Source: Eubacteriales bacterium (GTDB lineage: Bacteria; Bacillota; Clostridia; Oscillospirales; CAG-272). From it: a stretch of 64,000 bases of DNA. The stretch is taken from the NCBI GenBank assembly GCA_045643285.1, contig JAZUKN010000041.1, positions 666 through 64,665 of the forward strand. Direction: 5' to 3'. Of the stretch, positions 60,137-64,000 are shown one piece after another (within the stretch, counting starts at the first letter, position 1; each line of letters starts with the position of its first letter). A program made the translations under genes and the position numbers. The notes beneath the pieces are model-generated. The model did no database searches. It worked only from the letters and a program-made list of their open reading frames with translations, and had not been told where the DNA came from.

Positions 60137-60934
60137 TCATTTCAGATTTTTATAACGCTCCCTGTCGGCTGTTTTCAGCCCGTCCAGAAGCCGTAGCTCT
60201 TTGTCGAGGAGACCCGCCCACTCGTCCATCGTCGCCTCGCTGTATTCCATGATGAGCCAGAGGGAGAGGAGGGGTCGCTGCATACCGTTCAGGCTGTTGA
60301 TGGCAGCCTGCAGGTGGTTCTCGCGCTCCTGCGCCTCCGCTTTGGTCGTCGGGATGTGGTGGTTGGCGAGGATGACCTCGTATAATGCGGTGTCTATGAA
60401 GTCCGCGATCCTGTTACTCAGGGTGTCCTTGCAGTAATCCGGCGCGTGACCGATTTTGGTGTAGGTGTATTTGTGAAGCTCCGCCAGCGTTTCAAGGAAG
60501 GCGAGCCGCTTCATCTTTGCTTTCGGAAGTGCTATAAACATCGGCTGTTCCTCCTTTGGTCTTTTTGTTACTCCCCAGATGAGAGCGATTTCTCGGTTTA
60601 TCTTGTCCGTCCAGTCCTTCGCGCTCTCTTCCTTGATGTCCATCAAGTTCCAGACCGCGAGGAGTGGCTTTTGCAGGCTCATGATCTGCCGGATCGCTGC
60701 GTCGAGCGTCTTCACCCGGATTCGCTTTCCCGCTTCCGTCCTCGCGCTCTGTTCGTTTGCGAGAATGACTGCGGTGTATGCCCGATTGGTCGGCTCGTAC
60801 ACTCTGGGGTTGACGAATTTCTTATAGCGCACCGGCACGGAGTTCAGACGTTCGGTCGTGTACTTGTGCAGGGCTGCCATTTGTCGCTCGTATTCCGAAA
60901 ATGCCAGCTGTCGTTTTGATAGGTGTACCGACAT
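60137..60934 (-). CDS. avd: Avd-like DGR accessory protein with two tandem Avd-like domains (265 aa)
   Basis: True start MSVHLSKR at 60934 after AAAGGAGG; lies between VR and TR; internal repeat LHKYT..VILAN..AAI..Q(K/R)PLL..W..W. Confidence 0.75.
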   Translation of the reverse strand: MSVHLSKRQLAFSEYERQMAALHKYTTERLNSVPVRYKKFVNPRVYEPTNRAYTAVILANEQSARTEAGKRIRVKTLDAAIRQIMSLQKPLLAVWNLMDIKEESAKDWTDKINREIALIWGVTKRPKEEQPMFIALPKAKMKRLAFLETLAELHKYTYTKIGHAPDYCKDTLSNRIADFIDTALYEVILANHHIPTTKAEAQERENHLQAAINSLNGMQRPLLSLWLIMEYSEATMDEWAGLLDKELRLLDGLKTADRERYKNLK

Positions 60935-60967
60935 TCTTTCTTTGTTCCTCCTTTCTGCCGTCCCCGT

Positions 60968-61014
60968 TCTGCCCCGACTTACGCGGGGCAGATATTGGGG
61001 AGTGCGGCTTCGCC
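60968..61014 (-). promoter_or_regulatory. Hairpins downstream of VR (candidate retrohoming cis element)
   Basis: GGC-GAA-GCC mini-hairpin just after the target stop, then TCTGCCCCG-CGTAAGT-CGGGGCAGA. Confidence 0.65.
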
Positions 61015-61017
61015 TTT

Positions 61018-64000
61018 TTAGATTGAGAAGCGCACGCAGACGCCAATGCTGTCGGACGCGTAGTTGCCGCCCGCGTACACGCCGCCGTTGGCGTTCACAT
61101 AGCCGAAGTACGACGCGTAGGTGACGGACGCACCGCGAAGCCAGAAGTCGTTCGCTGCAAACCATGTGCCATTCTTGCGTACTCTGCCGATGGAGCTGTT
61201 TGCCGTGTCAATCCAGACATCGCCTTCCTGCACGTTGTTTGCCGAGTTCGTTGCCGGGTCTGTGCCGGAAACGAAACGCTGATAGCCGACAGGGAGGGTG
61301 TAGCCTCTGAATTTGATCCTCTCGTAGTTGCTGGTGAAGAAGGTCACGTAGCCGCCGTCGCATTCGTACACCCACGGTTCGCTCGTTCCGCCCTGCATCT
61401 CGATGTAGCACGGGAGCCATACCTTTGTGTCGAGGTCTTGCCCGATTTCGCCCACGCCGTCGTTGCTGACGTTCTTCATGTACTTGACCTTGCACTTCTT
61501 CATCATCTGCTGCCACTCGACCGGGAAGGCAGGCTCGACGCGGGCTTCCATCCACGTGTGCATTGCCGATGCCTTGTATCCTCCTGCGTTCGTGTTGCTG
61601 CTGTTCATAGTGTGTGTGCGCTCCAGCAGGCTGGCGCAGATGAAGTCGATGCTCGTCGGCGTTACGCTGCTCGCCGAGAGTTTGTATTTGCCGAAGGTTC
61701 CGACCTCGAATGTGTAGGTCTCACGCGGCCAGCTGACGATCTGACGGCAGACGCTGTCGCCGAGGTCGCCGTGCCAGAGGCGGCAGGAGTGAAGGATGCC
61801 CTTTGCGAAGTTGCCGACCTGTCCCGCGTCCGTAACGGTCGCGCCGAGGTAAAGGTGAACGTCGCTCTGGGTGTCTATGGTCTTGGTCAGTTCCTGATAG
61901 CCGATTGCGTTGGTGTACTGCTTCGAGGAGTAAACCTTGACATCTCTGCTTCCTGCTTCGTGGCGGATGACGAGGATTTCTCGGTATGTGGTCGCGCCGC
62001 TGTTGTAGGAGTTCGTGCTGTACTGAACGGAGGGACCGCCGGAATACTTGACTTTGAAGCCCATGTATCCTTCTTCCTGCATACAGCAGACCATTGTCGC
62101 GTCCGCTGTCTGTTCATCGAATTGGCAGTCAACGACAAGCGTCCACGCTTCTCCGATGCCGTTCTTCAGGGGCTGTGCGCCTGTGTCTCGGTATGTCGCT
62201 CCGTCAAGAACCAGCTCGTCTGCCAGATCGTCGAACGGGACATTCTGGTACTGTGGCTGGAAGCCGAATGTGATCTTTGTTCTGTCTTTGAACGAGGCGA
62301 AGCTCTGATAGTTGCCGGACTTGACGATGGCGCAGATTTCTGCGGGTGTCATGTCCTCCAGCTGCTTTCCTGCGTTCGGAAGTTCGCCGCGCATCCATTC
62401 CGCCATTACGTCGATGTCGCCGGTGATGAAGCCGGTACTCTTGTTCCATCCCGTGAACAGGTAGTAGACGTACTGTGCTTCCTCGTCGGTTCTTTCCGGC
62501 ATCGTTCCGGCGTATACCGCTTCGTCGCCGTAGTCCACGGTCTGGGTGTCCATTACGACGCCCTGTGAAATCCAGCGCACGGTGTACTGTCTGACGCTCT
62601 CCGAAAAGACGACGTTGACGGTTCTGTTGGCGATGATCGTTGAGAGGTCGTCGTCCCATCCGTTGTATGAATAGTTCGTCGATATGCTGCTCGGTCTCGT
62701 CGGCGTTTGGATGTCTCCGTTGGTTACCGGGTCGGTGGCGTTTTCGCCTCTGTCCACGTATTCCGTCCAGAGTGTCTCGCCGTTCCAGTTTTTGAAGGTG
62801 ACGAGGTACTGCTGGATGAGCGTCTCGTAGGTCACGTTCAGGTCGCTCCATGCGGCGTTGTATGCTGCGAGCTTCGCCTGCCTCATGATCGGGACGTAAA
62901 CGGAGCCGGTCAGGACTGACTGTTCGAGGTTGTGGTCGCTCTCGTCAAGACCTTTCAGGGCTACCAATCTGTCCAGAAGCGTGGTTGCGAGCAGTTCCCA
63001 GTTGATTCCGAGGATTCGGATTCTCGTCAGTCCTGTCGCTTCCGTTACGAAGTCCAGCGTGTCGATTGTCGGGCAGTCCTCAATGCGGGCGGTGCGGAGT
63101 GCGGTGTAGCCTTCAAATGTCAGGTCGGTCAGTGCTTTCAGCGCGATTGCCGAGAAGCTGGCGACTGCGGGAAGGTGCGCCGTTTCGACGTTGCCGCCTC
63201 TCGCAAATGCCACGCCGGTCAGACCGCTTCCTTCTGCTTCGAGCGTTGTCAGCGCAGGGCAGCCGGTAAGGTCGAGACCTTGTGCGATGTTCGGGCAGTT
63301 CCGAATGTCCAGCGTTTCCAGAAGGTTGTTGTTGCCTACGCCGATGGTTTCGACGTTGGTGTTCTGGTAGCCGGTGGTTCCGTCGCCGAGTTTCAGGTGG
63401 CGGAGCTTCTTTGCGGCCGCGATGTTGAAATAGCCGACATAAAGCGGGGCAAGGTCGCCGACGCTGGAAATGTTCGACGCGCTGCAGATGTATATCTCGG
63501 TGTCGTTCAGGGTGTCGATGGGGCATTCCATCGTGTACTCGGTGCCTCTCTTTGCACGGAGCCTCGAAATGCCGGAGCCTGAAACGAGGTTGATGTACAT
63601 ATCCGCGTAGGTCGTGATGGTCATCTCTGTGCCGGGTTCCACGCCGTCCCAGACGGTCGGTGTGTACGCTCTGAATGTGATCTTCTCGCTTTCGGCGACG
63701 GGTGCGCGGTATTTCGACGAGCAGTATTTTTCCTGATACGTCTCAAACTGCCGACGCTGGTCTTCCTTTGTGCCGAGCATCATCTTCAGGTAAGCGTCCG
63801 CGCCTCCGAGCGTGAACGGGTCGATGTACTTCTGCCACATATCCTCAATGACGAGGGCTTCGGGTCTTGCACTCTGGTGGGCTTTGTATCGGGCGAGGAT
63901 TCGTTCTGCATTCCACGCTCCTGCGTTCTCCAGTGTGATGAAAAGCTCGCGCAGGTCGTCGTACAGGAGGTCTCTGACATTGTTCCAGAGGACGCTCGTC
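61018..64000 (-). CDS. Large DGR target protein (putative receptor-binding/adhesin) with LRR, InlB-B-like repeats and a C-terminal DUF6273/C-lectin-like domain; 5' end is outside the window
   Basis: The frame stays open from 63840 to the window edge (TSVLWNNVRDLLYDDL...). The C-terminus WLRGAS..F..VN..G....AS.S.GVC contains VR. Confidence 0.85.
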   Translation of the reverse strand, partial: TSVLWNNVRDLLYDDLRELFITLENAGAWNAERILARYKAHQSARPEALVIEDMWQKYIDPFTLGGADAYLKMMLGTKEDQRRQFETYQEKYCSSKYRAPVAESEKITFRAYTPTVWDGVEPGTEMTITTYADMYINLVSGSGISRLRAKRGTEYTMECPIDTLNDTEIYICSASNISSVGDLAPLYVGYFNIAAAKKLRHLKLGDGTTGYQNTNVETIGVGNNNLLETLDIRNCPNIAQGLDLTGCPALTTLEAEGSGLTGVAFARGGNVETAHLPAVASFSAIALKALTDLTFEGYTALRTARIEDCPTIDTLDFVTEATGLTRIRILGINWELLATTLLDRLVALKGLDESDHNLEQSVLTGSVYVPIMRQAKLAAYNAAWSDLNVTYETLIQQYLVTFKNWNGETLWTEYVDRGENATDPVTNGDIQTPTRPSSISTNYSYNGWDDDLSTIIANRTVNVVFSESVRQYTVRWISQGVVMDTQTVDYGDEAVYAGTMPERTDEEAQYVYYLFTGWNKSTGFITGDIDVMAEWMRGELPNAGKQLEDMTPAEICAIVKSGNYQSFASFKDRTKITFGFQPQYQNVPFDDLADELVLDGATYRDTGAQPLKNGIGEAWTLVVDCQFDEQTADATMVCCMQEEGYMGFKVKYSGGPSVQYSTNSYNSGATTYREILVIRHEAGSRDVKVYSSKQYTNAIGYQELTKTIDTQSDVHLYLGATVTDAGQVGNFAKGILHSCRLWHGDLGDSVCRQIVSWPRETYTFEVGTFGKYKLSASSVTPTSIDFICASLLERTHTMNSSNTNAGGYKASAMHTWMEARVEPAFPVEWQQMMKKCKVKYMKNVSNDGVGEIGQDLDTKVWLPCYIEMQGGTSEPWVYECDGGYVTFFTSNYERIKFRGYTLPVGYQRFVSGTDPATNSANNVQEGDVWIDTANSSIGRVRKNGTWFAANDFWLRGASVTYASYFGYVNANGGVYAGGNYASDSIGVCVRFSI
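61031..61165 (-). repeat. DGR variable repeat (VR) at the 3' end of the target gene
   Basis: 17 mismatches against TR, 16 of them at TR adenines. Confidence 0.95.

Larger units (their letters stand above)
58450..61165 (-). mobile_element. Diversity-generating retroelement cassette
   Basis: VR > avd-like > TR > RT, co-oriented, with adenine-specific TR/VR divergence. Confidence 0.95.
49560..64000 (-). mobile_element. Prophage (end containing tail/receptor, DGR, lysis and accessory genes); continues beyond the window
   Basis: Co-oriented, tightly packed minus-strand genes including an endolysin, holin-like genes, a CD1375-like gene, a DUF551 gene and a methyltransferase. The left boundary is approximate. 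Confidence 0.88.

Noticed and set aside
60935-61165. N-terminal extension of the 342-aa ORF (MVCSERLLAS...) in the ORF track
   Set aside because: It is an alternative frame running through VR and the hairpins; the RBS-supported start is ATG 60934.
63840-63840. ATG 63840 as the start of the DGR target
   Set aside because: The frame remains open and protein-like to position 64000, so the gene starts outside the window.

Overview
Two-part window from a Clostridia-type Firmicute (T-boxes, CIRCE, GAAC-N4-GTTY SOS box, sporulation-linked ytfJ/dacB). Bases 1-~49.5 kb are host chromosome: gpmI, a Cys T-box cysE-CPBP-cysS operon, transporters, GH36/GH3 glycosidases, ispE, GTP-type PEPCK, lexA, a glycogen operon (glgBCDAP plus GH13), the lon-engB-M50-scpAB-ytfJ-dacB-rluB cluster, T-box thrS, groESL, an extended ECF sigma factor and tRNA-Leu(CAA). 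Intergenic regions carry several families of REP-like palindromes. Bases ~49.6-64 kb are the end of a minus-strand prophage: small accessory genes, a C5 DNA methyltransferase with a PAPS-reductase-like gene, and a lysis module. The main result is a complete diversity-generating retroelement (DGR) in this prophage, in the order target gene (VR) > avd-like > TR > RT. TR (59976-60110) and VR (61031-61165) align without gaps over 135 nt with 17 mismatches, 16 of them at TR adenines. The unusual part is the accessory gene, which encodes two Avd-like domains fused in tandem. All family assignments come from motif recognition by eye; no database searches were run.
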